A stretch of DNA of 64,000 nucleotides from Amoebidium appalachense (taxonomy: Eukaryota > Protista > Ichthyosporea), in NCBI GenBank assembly GCA_963693365.1, contig CAVNZM010000014.1, forward strand, positions 1,798,001-1,862,000. Reading direction: 5' to 3'. Made by a program: the position numbers and the translations under genes. Of the stretch, positions 17,279 through 53,515 are shown in pieces. The stretch's first letter is position 1. Every line of letters starts with the position of its first letter. The notes under the pieces are model-generated. The model saw only the letters and a program-made list of their open reading frames with translations, made no database searches and was not told where the DNA came from.

Positions 17279-17447
17279 TACGTACCCCGTCAGACTAGCA
17301 AAATTTAGCCGCCGCCGGCTAAGATTGCTATGGTATATGACGTCACACCGATTTGCTACCATCTTTAGTAAGAAATCGGTAAACGTCACATACCATAGCA
17401 ATCTGAGCCAGCGGCGGCTAAATTTTACTAGTCTGACCGGGTACGTA
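17279..17447. mobile_element. Foldback MITE-like palindrome (169 bp)
   Basis: Arms of ~75 bp, tacgtaccccgtcagactagcaaaatttagccgccg... and ...cggcggctaaattttactagtctgaccgggtacgta, with few mismatches. TA at both ends. Confidence 0.8.
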
Positions 17448-17642
17448 GTCTGTTTTGAACCCTTGCTCCTTCATCCCCTACGACCGTTGCAAACCTACCA
17501 AAATCGAAAAGAAATCCAGAGCAATTTTATCTCTTTGTATTTTCGTGTGAATCAGACCGTTGAACCAAAGCAAGCACCGTATCCACACACACAGCCTCAT
17601 TTGTTTATGGTGCTGATTTCTTTGACAGACTTGATTTTCCCT

Positions 17643-17677
<35 letters not shown>

Positions 17678-18028
17678 CCCCCTCCCCCTCCCCCTCCCCC
17701 TCCTCCGCCCCCTTATTCACACAACGAATATTATTTTGGGATAATACCCGTAGAGTATCATTTTCGTTTTATTTGCTTTTCCGGAAGCCAACCATTTTTT
17801 GTTAGCACACTATAGAGAAATAAAACCTTTTGTTTCAACACAAACACATGCAGCTTACAGAGTGTTATCGTATTTTATAGAGCGAGCCAGTCGGTTTATG
17901 CGTACCGTGAAATACCTATCTTGTAGCAGCTAACCTACTGATTTGATTGGTTCATTATCATACATCTTTTCATACACAACACCATCCCATTTTCATTTCG
18001 ATTTCACAATCTACCTAAAACTAAGATT

Positions 18029-21000
18029 TTACATATCTACATTTGCAACCTTGCACATGAGCACATCAGCAATCATTTTAGCACCCGTCCCCTCCACAAC
18101 ACTAAAGTGGTTACCAGGCGCCGTAACCACGCATGACACCTGACCAATCATACTCCATGCAAAATCATGCATGTGTTTCTCCCAGTCAGCCAGGTGGCCC
18201 ACAATACTGGTGCGGGTGACACTATCATCCACCGCACGCACGAGACTGATTGGTGCGTTCAGATTCCCATGGGGCATATACTCCTTGGCAGCGGCGGTAA
18301 CAACGCCAAAAACGGATCGAATCTGCGCGATTTCATTGGCTGGGAGGTACGGCGTGACGACGGCAAACGTGGCATCCATCACCACGCTCATAGTGACGTC
18401 ATCGCTCTTGAGGATGCCCTCCAACCGCGCCGACAAAGTTTCAATCTCGGACGCCGAAAGCTGATTGGCTGCGAGGGTCTGCACAATCACAACGGGCCAC
18501 GACGATTGGATGGTTGGCGAGTTGACGAAATCAGCCAAAATGTCCGCGGGACACCACGTCCCCTCGACAAAAACAACCCGAGACACATTCCTGCCGTTCC
18601 TCTTCTCCTGAAGAGCCATCTCGCAAGCAACCTTAACACCAAACGAGAACCCGGCGAGGTTAAGGGGACCTGTGGGCTGCACCGTGCGCACGCCTTCCAA
18701 ATATAGCGCCGCCAACCCTTCGATCCCATTGGTGGAGAGGGTTTCGAGTGCCCGTGATGTGAGCTGAATACCGTACATGCTCGACACATGTCCCGCCATC
18801 GCCGCCGCAATATGACGGAGAGGAATTACGCCGCCGTCCCCGGCATGCACAAAAAAAATGGGCTGTGCATTGCGATCAGTACCGGGGTGAAGGAGAACGA
18901 TCTCCTCAGCCCAGGGGGCGCCAACGGAAGATGAAATTTCGCTCATGAGGGACGTGAGAAGTTCGGCCATTGCCTGTGGCGTAGGATGGTTGTAGACGTC
19001 CGAAACCCCCAAAGGCCGTGCAAGAGCCCCCCCGAATTTCATACTGAAGGCAGCAAGGACGCGCATAACGGCGAGGGAGTGGCCGCCCAGGTCGAAAAAC
19101 GACATATTTCGGCCGATAGACCCCACATCCGCGTTCAACACTTCGGCGAAAACGGCCGCCACAGCCTCCTCCGGGTCATTTTGGGGGGGCTCAATCTCAA
19201 CGGTGTTCTGTTTGAAATATTCGACGGGGTCTGGAAGCGCCGACCTGTTAACTTTTCCGTTGATGCTAAGGGGGATGGAGTCGATGGGGATAACACATGC
19301 AGGAACCATGTAGTCTGGAAGAGCCGCCCGAGCAACAGAAAGAACACTATCCGTGTTAACGTATGCGGGTGTGACGTAGGCAATGAGGTAAGAGTCACCG
19401 CGTACAGGGTCCTTCCTGACGTCGACGACGCACGTGGCGACACCCTCACATCCTGAAATTACGACCTCAATCTCCTGAAGTTCGATCCGATGGCCGCGGA
19501 TTTTAATCTGGCTGTCCATGCGACCCAAAAGCTCCATACACCCGTCCTCGCGCCACCTCACCAGGTCACCGGTGCGATACAAACGGCCGCTGCCAAAAGG
19601 ATTCTCAGTGAATTTCTCTGCAGTCAATTCCGGACGGTTGAGGTAACCATGCGTCACCTGCTCACCGCCAATGAAAAGCTCGCCGATTTCACCGTGGGGA
19701 ACGGGAACCATGTTTGCGTCGAGAATGAAGCACAGAGCATTGTCGACTGGGCGGCCGATGGGGAGACGGTATCCGGCGGGCTGGCCGACATCATTGGCGC
19801 TCATTTCGTGGGCAAGAGTGCAGGAAGTGCGCTCGGTGCAACCGTAGAGGTGCTGCAGATGTTGGACTCTGTGGGATGGAAAAGAGTGTGAGTGCCTATG
19901 TTCACGGCAAAATGTGCTTGTGTTTCTGCTTTTACTCTAGTGTGTAGTATGTTACTATTAATGATTCTTTTGTTTGGGAGGGTGGGTGTTTTTTTGGGGG
20001 GGGTCCCGGGTGGGGGGGGAGGGGGAGGGGGGGGGGAGGGGGGGGGAGAAAAACAAATTCACATATATTACAAGCCAGCAGTGAAGTCAATACAAAGATG
20101 TGCTAAGCTACTAGCTAAGTGCGTGTGTGAATGAAGTTTATACGTATTGCAACAAAGCTGAGCAAAAGGACATAAAAAAACAACGCACCTGCCAACAAGG
20201 CGCGACACAATCTCCACGTTGCACGCGTCGCCAGCAAACTGAACATAGTTGAGCCCATCGAACATGGTGACGTCAGCAACAATCAATGCCTCGAGAAGAC
20301 GGGGTGTCATCAACAGGCAGGTAACCCCGTCCGCCTTTAAGCACCTCTTAAAGGACTCGGGTTCAAGCAGCTGTTCCTTTTCCACAATAGCAATCGTTGC
20401 ACCGCGTGCCAACGGCAGCCAAATGTCGTTCATTGTGGCGATAAAACACGGGGTGTTCACTTGCGCGAACACGTCGTTGGGCGAAACACCATCCCAGTAC
20501 GAGTTCTCTGTGAACGCAACAGCGTTGCGATGTTCAATAGCGACCCCTTTTGGGAGGCCAGTTGTGCCGGAGGTGTACATGATAAGTGCAAGATCCGTGG
20601 GGCGAGCAACGGGAGAAGGAATGTATCCTTCGATGGTTTGAAGAGAGTCGAGTTCAAGCACGTGTCCAGAGAAAAACTCAGGAAGAAGGTGACGAAGCGT
20701 ATTGTGAACAAGAACAATTTCCGTGCTGCTGTCGGTGAGAACATGGTTGATACGCTGTTCGGGGTAGTTGGGGTCAATGGGAACATAGGTGCCGCCGGCC
20801 TTGAGCACTGCTAGCATGGCCACCACCATGTGCACACCACGTGTTACGAGTAGACCGACACGTGTTTCGCGTGTGACGCCCAATGATTGGAGCTTGACGG
20901 CGAGTGTGTTCGCCATGGCGTTGGTCTCTGCGTACGTCATGCACAGGGAGTTGTGGCGGATGGCAATGTTGTTTGGGTACGTGCTCACCATCTGCTCGAA

Positions 21001-21270
21001 AAGTTGGTGCAGGCAGACGTTTGGGATGGTTCTCCTTGCACCGATGCCGATATCGAGAATTCCATCGTAGAGGTCGAAAATACCGGAATCCGAGTCATCA
21101 CTGTCCTCATGTACAGAAGAAAGTGCTGTTACATTGATTATGCTCCTGCTAAAGAGTGGGAAGTTTTCGAGAGAAGAAAAGGATTGAGGGTTGAATGCAT
21201 CGGTGGAGGTGGTCTCGATTCCGCCAAACAGGCGGTCAAGAGACACGGTGCTAACAACAAAGGACCCCAT
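18029..21270 (-). CDS. Stand-alone NRPS-like enzyme, adenylation-thiolation-thioesterase (A-T-TE), 973 aa, 2 exons
   Basis: Exons 21270-20189 and 19868-18029 joined by a GT-AG intron give 2922 nt; the junction reads LVGR-VQHLQHLYGCTE. A-domain motifs: LKAGGTYVPID, YTSGTTGLPKG, YGCTE, GELFIGG..V..GYL, YRTGDL, GRMDSQIKIRGHRIEL, LPDYMVP, NGKVNR. T domain: FFDLGGHSL. TE domain: FVHAGDG, GFSFG, PGNHF. Confidence 0.93.
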
Positions 21271-21431
21271 TTTGTTGTTTGTATGCTATTTACCTGTGCC
21301 AAAAGTATAGTACAGTAATTATTATAAGTTAGGGCAAGTAAAAGAGGGCAAAAACGAGAGAAAGTGCTCTCAGCCGTATCAGAAGAACATGTGCGTTTGA
21401 GATCTTGTGGACTGACTGACTGGCTGGCTGT

Positions 21432-21490
21432 GTTATATAGTCACCAAGCCATGCCTCCGACGCGTTCTGATTGGCCAGGCGATGACGTCA
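21432..21490 (-). promoter_or_regulatory. Putative Pol II promoter of the NRPS-like gene
   Basis: On the minus strand: TATATAA (~21433-21439), CCAAT (~21470-21474) and the CRE palindrome TGACGTCA (21483-21490). Confidence 0.5.
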
Positions 21491-22760
21491 ACGAGAATGG
21501 ACGTCATGCAACGGTGCTAAATTTCGACGCTAGTGACATAAATCAAAGCAAGCAAGTAATTAATGTAATAATAAATATAGCCCTATAGATTATACAATAT
21601 ATTATGAATAGTATCATTAATCTTAATGCCTTTTTTTGTTTTGCGCATACTGTCAGTTGTGCTTCCTTGATTGCTGCAGGCCAGCCGGCACTGCCGGCTA
21701 AGTCAACGTCCTAGGGAGATTTTGATTGGCTCGCTGGTAAATTTTTGAAGTTTGTTCAACGGTGAATGATTGGTTGCTGAGTTTGTTTACATCAAGGAAT
21801 GCGCCGAATGGTTACCGTGCTATCACCTTCTTGCCATTTCTAAAAATTGGCGTGATCCGGCGGATGTCCTCAAAATCATGCGGCAACTTCAAACCAAACA
21901 ACTACTTAGTAAGGCTAGCTTCCCAAGTAGGCGCCAAAGTTAAACCAGATAACATGGGTATACATATGCTGTTCTCTCAATTTCCTTTTGTGTTAGAATC
22001 ATGGTTTGAGTTTAGTATTGACTCCTCACTCCTCTTCCCGTTCTAACCTTCTACCGCCACCAGCCGCTAGCTAGTGGTCGTGATCAAATTTTCGAAGCAA
22101 CGTGGTGCACCTGAATGACGTCACGGCAGCCAGCCTCTGAGGCAATTAAGCGGCAAGCATGCAAGTTTACAAATTTACGGATAAAATAAACAAAGCATGT
22201 GTGATCACTACTAGGCTAATAATAGCACCTTTTGCCATGACCTCGAGAGATTTCAGCTCGCGAACGCCTCAGCCCCCCCTTTCCCCCCATCCCCGGGCCG
22301 GGCCCCACTTGAAGGTCTCAGATCTGGTGTGCCCTTGGGGCCCCTCACCTTGAGCGCTAGACTTATTTCTCACTCCAAGAGTTCCTTCGTGTGCCCCCCT
22401 AAACCCCCCCCCCCCCCTCCCCCCCCTTCCTCCCCCCGCCCCCTACCCGTCCTCAAACCTCCCGCTTCCCCCCTCTCCCCACCCGCCCCCTCTCCCCCCA
22501 CCCGATTCACCCCCCTGCCCCCCTCCCCCGCTTCCGAAGGCCCCCAACATGAGGTTTTCTGCCGACCTACCTCAACCCTGGCAAGTGCGCACACATTCCC
22601 TTCCTTTACGTTGGCCACTCCAGATATACTAACACACACAAATCACCCACACAAGCCTGCCCACACGCGAGGGCGCGCGCACACACACACGGATACAAAC
22701 ACACACACACACACACACACACTCTCTCTCTCTCTCTCTCTCTCATTCTCTCTCTCTCTC

Positions 22761-22799
<39 letters not shown>

Positions 22800-22947
22800 A
22801 CATTGCATTAATGTGTTCCACACTATTGCATCCCAATGTTTAAACACAACACACACCTAAGTATAACTGAATGCCCCAGGCAACGTCGTGCACACACATA
22901 CACCGCCAAGCAGACACACACACACACACACACACCCACACACCGTG

Positions 22948-22978
<31 letters not shown>

Positions 22979-23002
22979 GAAAGAGAGAGAGACTCGGGGA
23001 GG

Positions 23003-23116
<114 letters not shown>

Positions 23117-23742
23117 AAGAGAGAGAGAGAGAGTTGGCTATCTAAATTTCTCCGGATTCCGTAGACTCGAATATCTTTATTTTCCAAAAACTATCACTAT
23201 TATCTTTGATATACTCAAGCATTGCTCCCGTGCCGAAGAGCATGTATGCCACAAATAAGTGGAGGTGCGCATATATCCATATTCTCACTGTCACTGATTT
23301 GTTTTACTTGACCACCCAACCGGCTCTTGACAATCTACAGTGATGTTCATTAGAGGAAGAAGGAGGGGAAAAAAAACAAAAAAAAAACAAAACAAAAAAA
23401 CAAAAAAAACAAAGAAAAACGGACTAGATGTTCTGCGTATACCCGTAGCCCATCCCACTGTCTATCTCCAACCGTCACCACCACAATTCCATTTGCCGCA
23501 CTCTGTACATATGTGTGCACGCACATGCTGCCTCTTACTTCATTACCAGCCCCAATGCTTTTTTATGTCAGCCCCAAGGGCAGCAATTTCAGGTATTTGG
23601 AGAATTGCCATATTTGGTTATCTTGCTATCCAATCAAACCTAATTCGAGTAACCCGGGAGCATTCCGCAAGGTTCGATATGCATATGGCCAAAATGCGGG
23701 ATAGATTGTATCCATATTTGGACTTTCAAACAATAAGAATCT

Positions 23743-24584
23743 CTACTTAGGCACAACTCTCTCCTCAGGAAGCACAGCAGAAGGTGCGCCCTTCACATAT
23801 TTCACGCTCACAGAGTTAACACAATGCCTCTCGTTGGTGTCCGTAAACCTCTCCCCGTGGAACACATGACCCAGATGGCCCCCGCACTGCGCGCACATAA
23901 TCTCCACCCGGCGCATTCCAAACGTGTTATCCACCTCGATTGCAACACTTCCCTTGTAGCATTTATCAAACGCCGGCCACCCACACCCACTGCTAAACTT
24001 TGAAGCAGCAGAGTAGAGGGGGGTGCCACAGGCACGGCAGGCAAAATAACCGTCTTTGGGGTAGAACTTGTCGTATTCACCTGTGATGGGATGAGGGGTT
24101 GGTGGGTGAGAGAGGGCGGAAGGGAGGGGAGGGGGGGTTGGAGGAACTGAGAGGGAGCGGGAGAACGAAGGGGGAGAAAGGGGGGGCGGAGGAAGGCATC
24201 ATATGCAATAATACGCTTGATATGGCCCCGGGAGGGGGGGGGGGGGGGGGGAAGGGGGGGGAGGAGAGAGAGAGAAAGGCGAGAGGAAAAGGAATTGGGA
24301 AATGTATGACACGGAGGGATAAAGGGTCGAGAGATGTGAGAGGAAAAGAGAGACGGGCCGGGGGAGGGAAGGGGGGAGGGAGAGAGGGAGGGAGGGAGGG
24401 AGGGAGGGGGGGGGGGGGGAGGGGGGGGGGGGGGGAGGGGGGTTTGGGAGGGGATTAGACTGCAATCTATTAAACGAAGATTGAACAAAAAAAACACGAC
24501 GAAGCACACTGTCTGTACATGAAAAAAAAAACAAAAAAAAAAAAAACGAACAACGTGAACTCTGCAACAACAACAACAACAACC

Positions 24585-24647
<63 letters not shown>

Positions 24648-24845
24648 CGGATAGGGGAAGGAGGGAGGGAGGGAGGGGGGAGGGGGGGGGGGGGGGGGGG
24701 GGGGTTGATCCCGCCCAAAAAACCGGATCCTCAAGAAGGATGGTTGGGGGGTGGGGGGTGGGGGGGCGGGGAGGGAGATATGTTTTGGGGTGGGGCGGGG
24801 GGTGGGGGGTTGGTGGGGCGGGGGGGGGGGGGGGGGGGAGGGGGG

Positions 24846-24877
<32 letters not shown>

Positions 24878-25004
24878 GAGAGAGAGAGCGGGAGAAAAAA
24901 AGGGGGGAGGGATTCGGGAGAGAGGGAGGTTGCCAGGGGATGGGCACGGGAATAGGAATGTGGACGAGAGAGGGGGAGAGAGAGCGAGAGAGAGAGAGAG
25001 GGGG

Positions 25005-25035
<31 letters not shown>

Positions 25036-26327
25036 GAGGGGGGGAGGGGGGAGGGAGGGAGGGAACGTGCAGATAAAGAGAAAGAGGGATGGCAAGGGAA
25101 AGCAAGGGAGAGAGAAAGAGCAGAGGCCTGGAGCCCGGGAAAGGGGGGAATCTACCCTTCTATTAACAAACATCGCAGGGCATATTCATGGTGCTAGCGA
25201 GGTGGTGAGAAATAATGAAGAAGCTCGGAGGGCAAGCAAGGTCGGCAAGTAGCGGAAGAAAACAAAGGAAAGAACGACAAGGGACGAGGGAAAGGCGGAA
25301 TCTAAGAAAGAAGAGGCATAAAAAAAGGAGCTCAGGAGAGAGAAAGAACGGACAGGGGAATGCTAGCCACAGCATCCACACACCCGGGGGTTGCGCCCGC
25401 AGGGGGGGGGGGGGGGGGAGGGGGGGGGGGGACCTTTTTTCCAACGTAACACGTGCACAGATTGTTCCTATAAAGGAAGGCCCCGGCCTACAGGGGGAGG
25501 GGGGGGAGGGGGGGGGAGGGGAGGGAGGGGGGAGGGGAGGGAGGGGGGCGGCGGCGGCGGGGGGGGGGGGGGGGGGGAAGGACACTGGGGAAGAGAACAG
25601 CGAGCAGCGGAACGAGTTTGGGGGCAAATGACAGCAACATCACACCATAACTAATTAAATGAATCTATGAGCAATACAACTCAATGTTAGCACAAATTGC
25701 AAGAGAGCAGGGAGGTGAACGGCACCCTCCGGCCGGCTGAGACGAGGGGGAAAGAGGAGGAAAGGGGCGATCCTGAGGACGCCCCCCCCCCCCCCCCCCC
25801 CCTCCCCCCCCCCCCCCCCCCACCCCTCTCTCCCCCAAACACGCGTGTACACACACAAACACACACACACAAACACAAGCACAAACACACACACAAGCAC
25901 AAGGTTTTGGGGGGGGGAGGAGGGGGAGGGGGGGAGATGGGATGGGGGGACAGAAGGCGAAGTAACAAAAAGAGAAGTGCCGTGCTATAAAGAGAAAAGA
26001 AATTTCAAGACTAAGTAAGTGTGGTTCTGACATCCTTATAATGGTTTTCCGCATATGCAAAAAGGGAGCCACGAGGACAGGTAAAGGAGAAGTAGGAACA
26101 CGCGCATACCTGTGCCTGGGCGCTCCGTTCCCTTTTCTCTGAGCACGTCATACTCGTGCGCGTTCAGCTGCGACCTCCATTCCGCATCTGTCTTCTTGAT
26201 GGGAAAAATCGTGCGAAGCCATGTTTGAGTTTGAGAGCCGACGAGAGGCGAGAACAAGGGTTGGTGCAGCGACAACGATGCCTGCAAGACCAGCAGCACG
26301 CACAAGAGGGCGACGAAGGAAGTTCAT
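23743..26327 (-). CDS. MSRB: Methionine-R-sulfoxide reductase (Zn-binding, Cys-type), 2 exons, with apparent +1 frameshift in exon 1
   Basis: Exon 1 (26327-26110) encodes MNFLRRPLVRAAG...NMASHDF / PIKKTDAEWRSQL..EYDVLREKGTERPGTG, with a frame change at the T5 run 26204-26208. Exon 2 (24080-23743) encodes GEYDKF..CRACGTPLY..KFSSGCGWPAF..RVEIMCAQCGGHLGHVF..RHCVNS. Confidence 0.92.
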
Positions 26328-27230
26328 GAGTGATGGACAGAGTTACTACTTTTTGGGGTAGATGTATGCTCCTACGTTTGCAGCTCGGACACACAACACA
26401 AGACTTTTTAGCTGGGTTTTTTTTCTTCAACAAAAGAAGATGGCATGACAAGATGATGTTGGCCAAAGTTGGCGGGAAAGCAAGAGAGGGGTAAAAATAC
26501 TGTGTGATGAGTCACCGTGGTCATGCTCAAGAAGTAGACAGTTATGATATGCAGATAGAACAATAAATGCAAAAGGGAAGAAGCAGAAAATATTCATTTA
26601 TTGGCATATTTCAGTTTTGTGTTGTGTTGATAATGAACTCTCTGATAATGAATTCTCTATTGAAGTATGGACACAGCTTACCCTCCTCGGACCGGCGTTT
26701 GCAGTAGACACAACGCTAGTTTGCACTCTTCCATGAAATAAGATGACTGGGTGACTGATTCCCCCAAAACCTCAAAATACCATTCTCCATCTGCTGTGAT
26801 ATAAGTAAATGGCTGTGTGTCCACACCAAGCGGCCTCCCAAGATAGAAGTTTAAAGGCCTTGGTTCATACCCACGTCCACGCCCCATGGCCATGGAAAAG
26901 ATATAAAATGCCAGCATTATATACATACAGCTGAAACTGCCAACGCAGATATTTCCGCTGAAGAAATCAGCGTTCTCAACATTGGCATCATTACACTGCT
27001 TTTTATGATTGATGTCAGTAGCAGTCAGTTTGCCGATAATATCAATCAGGGGAATATCCAAAATATTCAGATTTTCATCCTTGATTTCCTAGATCATGAA
27101 ACACCAAAGTGGCTGCGCGACAGGACATGTACAACAAGCAGGAAGGAACGAAGTCAAAGTAGCCTGAGAGAAGCTATTCATACCACTTTGAACGCCTAAC
27201 TTAGAGAAGAAACACGTGCAGTTTGTTACA

Positions 27231-27612
27231 ATGGCTTTTCTTCTCAACTTCTTCAAGACAGACATGATCACAAAGGCTGCCGCTCTACCTGGGCGGCAGC
27301 AGCCCATCACCGTGTCTGCCTTCCACCATGTTTTCCGTGACAGGCGCATCATCCCTCCCCTTCCCCGAGGGAATGGAAAAGGTTCAGGTTGGCATGGGCT
27401 GCTTTTGGGGCGCAGAGAGGCTGTTCTGGCAGTTGGAAGGCGTTTATTCGACTGCTGTTGGTTACTCAGGAGGCTTCACACCCAATCCAACTTATGAGGA
27501 GGTGCGTTGAGGACCCCCTCCCCTCCCCCCTCCCCCCCCCCCCCTCCCCCCGCCCCGCCCTCCTTTCCTCAAACGCACACACACACACGCACGCACACAC
27601 ACACACACACGC

Positions 27613-27650
<38 letters not shown>

Positions 27651-28294
27651 GCACGCACGCACGCGCGCACACATGGACGCACGACGCGCGCACCGCACAC
27701 ACGCGCACGCCTTCCCCGGGAAGGCGCCTCCACCTCCCTAGCATTCCTTGTCACCCCGCTCTCCATAATTTGGGCCAGTTATGCACCCCAAGTATAAACT
27801 GACGCTACCAACCCCCCCCCCCCCACCCCCCGCCCCCCCACCCCCCTCCCCCCTCCCCAAAACACACACACACACACATATACACTGACTCAGACCCCCT
27901 CGTAGTCTTCTTTAAATAAACCCTTATTCTCTGGTCCCCTTTTGTGTGCTTGAGTCCTGCTGTTTCTTGCAGACCAGCATAAGCGGTTTGAAAAAGCAAA
28001 AAGGTGTACGTACTCTACATGTTGCCATTATAAAATGAAGAACACAATAAGCACCAGTTTAAGTTGAATGATTTGCAGGTCTGCTCAGGGAAGACCGGGC
28101 ACACCGAGGCGGTACTCGTTGTGTATGATCCCAAGAAAGTGTCCTTTGAGCAGTTGATGAAGGGTAAGTGCTGTGGTGGAGAAACTGGCCAAAAAAAAAT
28201 TTTGTGTTCGTGTGGTGGGTGAGGTGGGAGGGAGGCTAGGCAGGTGGCCCAACTTCTATTCTTTTTTCTTTTCTTCAGTATTTTTTCTCTTCCT

Positions 28295-28328
<34 letters not shown>

Positions 28329-29330
28329 GTTGGGGAGAGGGGGGGGGGGGGGGGGGGGATCGTTCATGTGGTGGCCGCCTGTCACCCTGGTACGAGGGGA
28401 CTGTGGGGGCGACAAAAGGATTGGCTATGAGAACGAGTCATGTCTTAGTCTTCTTTGTTTATTGTTAGGTGCCTACTGCGGCAGACGGTATTTTGTTGTC
28501 AATCCCAAAGGTGCCTTTCCCAAAGGTGCCTTTCCCGCAGCATTCTTTCCCTCCGCTCCTTCTCATTATTCGTCTTGTGTGTGGGTGGTGGTGTGCGTGT
28601 GTGCGTGTGTGTGTGTGTGTGTTTTGGGGGGTGGTGGGGGGGGAGGGTAAAGGGGGGTCGGGTGGGGGGGGAAGGGGGGGGGGGGGGGGGGGGGCTCTTA
28701 GAGAAACCGCTTCTTCTGAAAAAGTTTTGGTGGGAGGTGGCGAATGAGGGATTCAGGAAGGTCATGGGTTGCACTCAGAAAAAGTGGTCACATTGAAGAT
28801 GAGCACCGTGAGGGAGGTAAAAGGTGGCAAGTGTGCACCGGGAGAGAACGTGAGGAAGATTGGTTTTACCTTATTGTACAGGTAGACGTTCCATCAATCA
28901 GCAATATTTTGTACCGGTAACGTCATAAATGTCTTATATTTAGGGGCCATTTGTTTGTGTGTTTGCGGGACCGACCTGCTAACTGTATCCCACGTGCACA
29001 GTGTTCTGGGAGAGCCACGACCCCACCCAGGGCTACCGGCAGGGTAACGATGTGGGTACGCAATACCGTTCAGCCATCTACACATACACTGCAAACCAGC
29101 TTGAACTGGCCAGACTCTCGCGTGATGAGTTCCAGAAAGGTCTTGACAAGGCGGGTTATGGAAAGATTACAACTGAGATAGCCGAGGCTGGGGAGTTCTA
29201 TTATGCTGAGCAATATCACCAGCAGTACTTGTCGAAGAATCCTAGTGGTTACTGTGGGCTAAGAGGGACGGGTGTGTCTTGTCCTATCGGGTTGGGGAAG
29301 AAGGCTGCTTTTGAGAAAGAACTGAGTTGA
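27231..29330 (+). CDS. MSRA: Peptide methionine-S-sulfoxide reductase, 3 exons, with apparent +1 frameshift in exon 1
   Basis: Exons 27231-27501, 28079-28163 and 29002-29330. Motifs [74 protein letters not shown]. The frame changes between ~27330 and 27361. Confidence 0.93.
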
Positions 29331-30158
29331 ACATGGAAGTGCGAGGTTTTGTGGTTGTGTGATTATGCAGTAGTTGCCAGGGTTTCACTTTGGTTCTGGA
29401 ATCAAAACACAAAAATACCAAACTGAGAAGTCGAGAGGTGAAACAGTTCAAATAACTGCCGCAAGATGTCAAGTTTAGCGTCTTTGGACTTTTATCTTGA
29501 GACAGAGTTAAGCTGTTGTGGCAACTTTCCTCGAAGGGTCATGTGGTTGGGGGCCATGTACATATTTGTCGTCATTGAAGACTGGCAATAAAAACTTATA
29601 TTGCTTTGCCTGCAAGCTCTGACGTGGTGATATTCTATGCAACGGTATCGCATCTGCATGCCACGCGTTTGTGATGTTACATGCTGACGCTGACGCTGGT
29701 ATAGTACATGCTGAGGCTGGGCAAGCAATGCAACATCTGTGTGAAGAACGGCTTCCCTACTGGCTCTGTGGTGCATTTTGGGCGAATCATATTTGTGTTG
29801 GTTATAGTTTAGCCATTCGTTTGCCACCTACCTGCGTAAGGCAGTCGACGGCCGCAGACTTTTCAATCGGTTACATGTCTGTGTTCTAGCGCTAGCTGCA
29901 GAGGCTTTGTTGGTGAGGTGGAAAGGAGTTGCATTTTACATAACAGTAAATGTGAAGCTAAGTTGCAAGAAGAATTTCAAAACGCGTAACAGATTCTCGG
30001 TTTCGAAAGGACGTTTCTCATGACTAGCTTAGTAAGGGCGTAAGTGATAGTACACAACATTAGTGGTATAAAACGTGTAAGCACATGCAAGGTCCAAAAC
30101 AGGTTGACCGATCAGTAGGGGCCTAGAACGGCGCCTAAGGGCGTGTAGCAATCCGAAA

Positions 30159-53515
<23,357 letters not shown>

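Noticed and set aside
18167-21318. Plus-strand ORFs overlapping the NRPS-like gene
   Set aside because: Antisense shadows of a GC-rich coding region with no motifs. The same applies to 56737-57501 opposite the lyase.
26678-27061. 127-aa ORF between MsrB and MsrA
   Set aside because: No recognisable motifs, and it sits in the probable bidirectional promoter.
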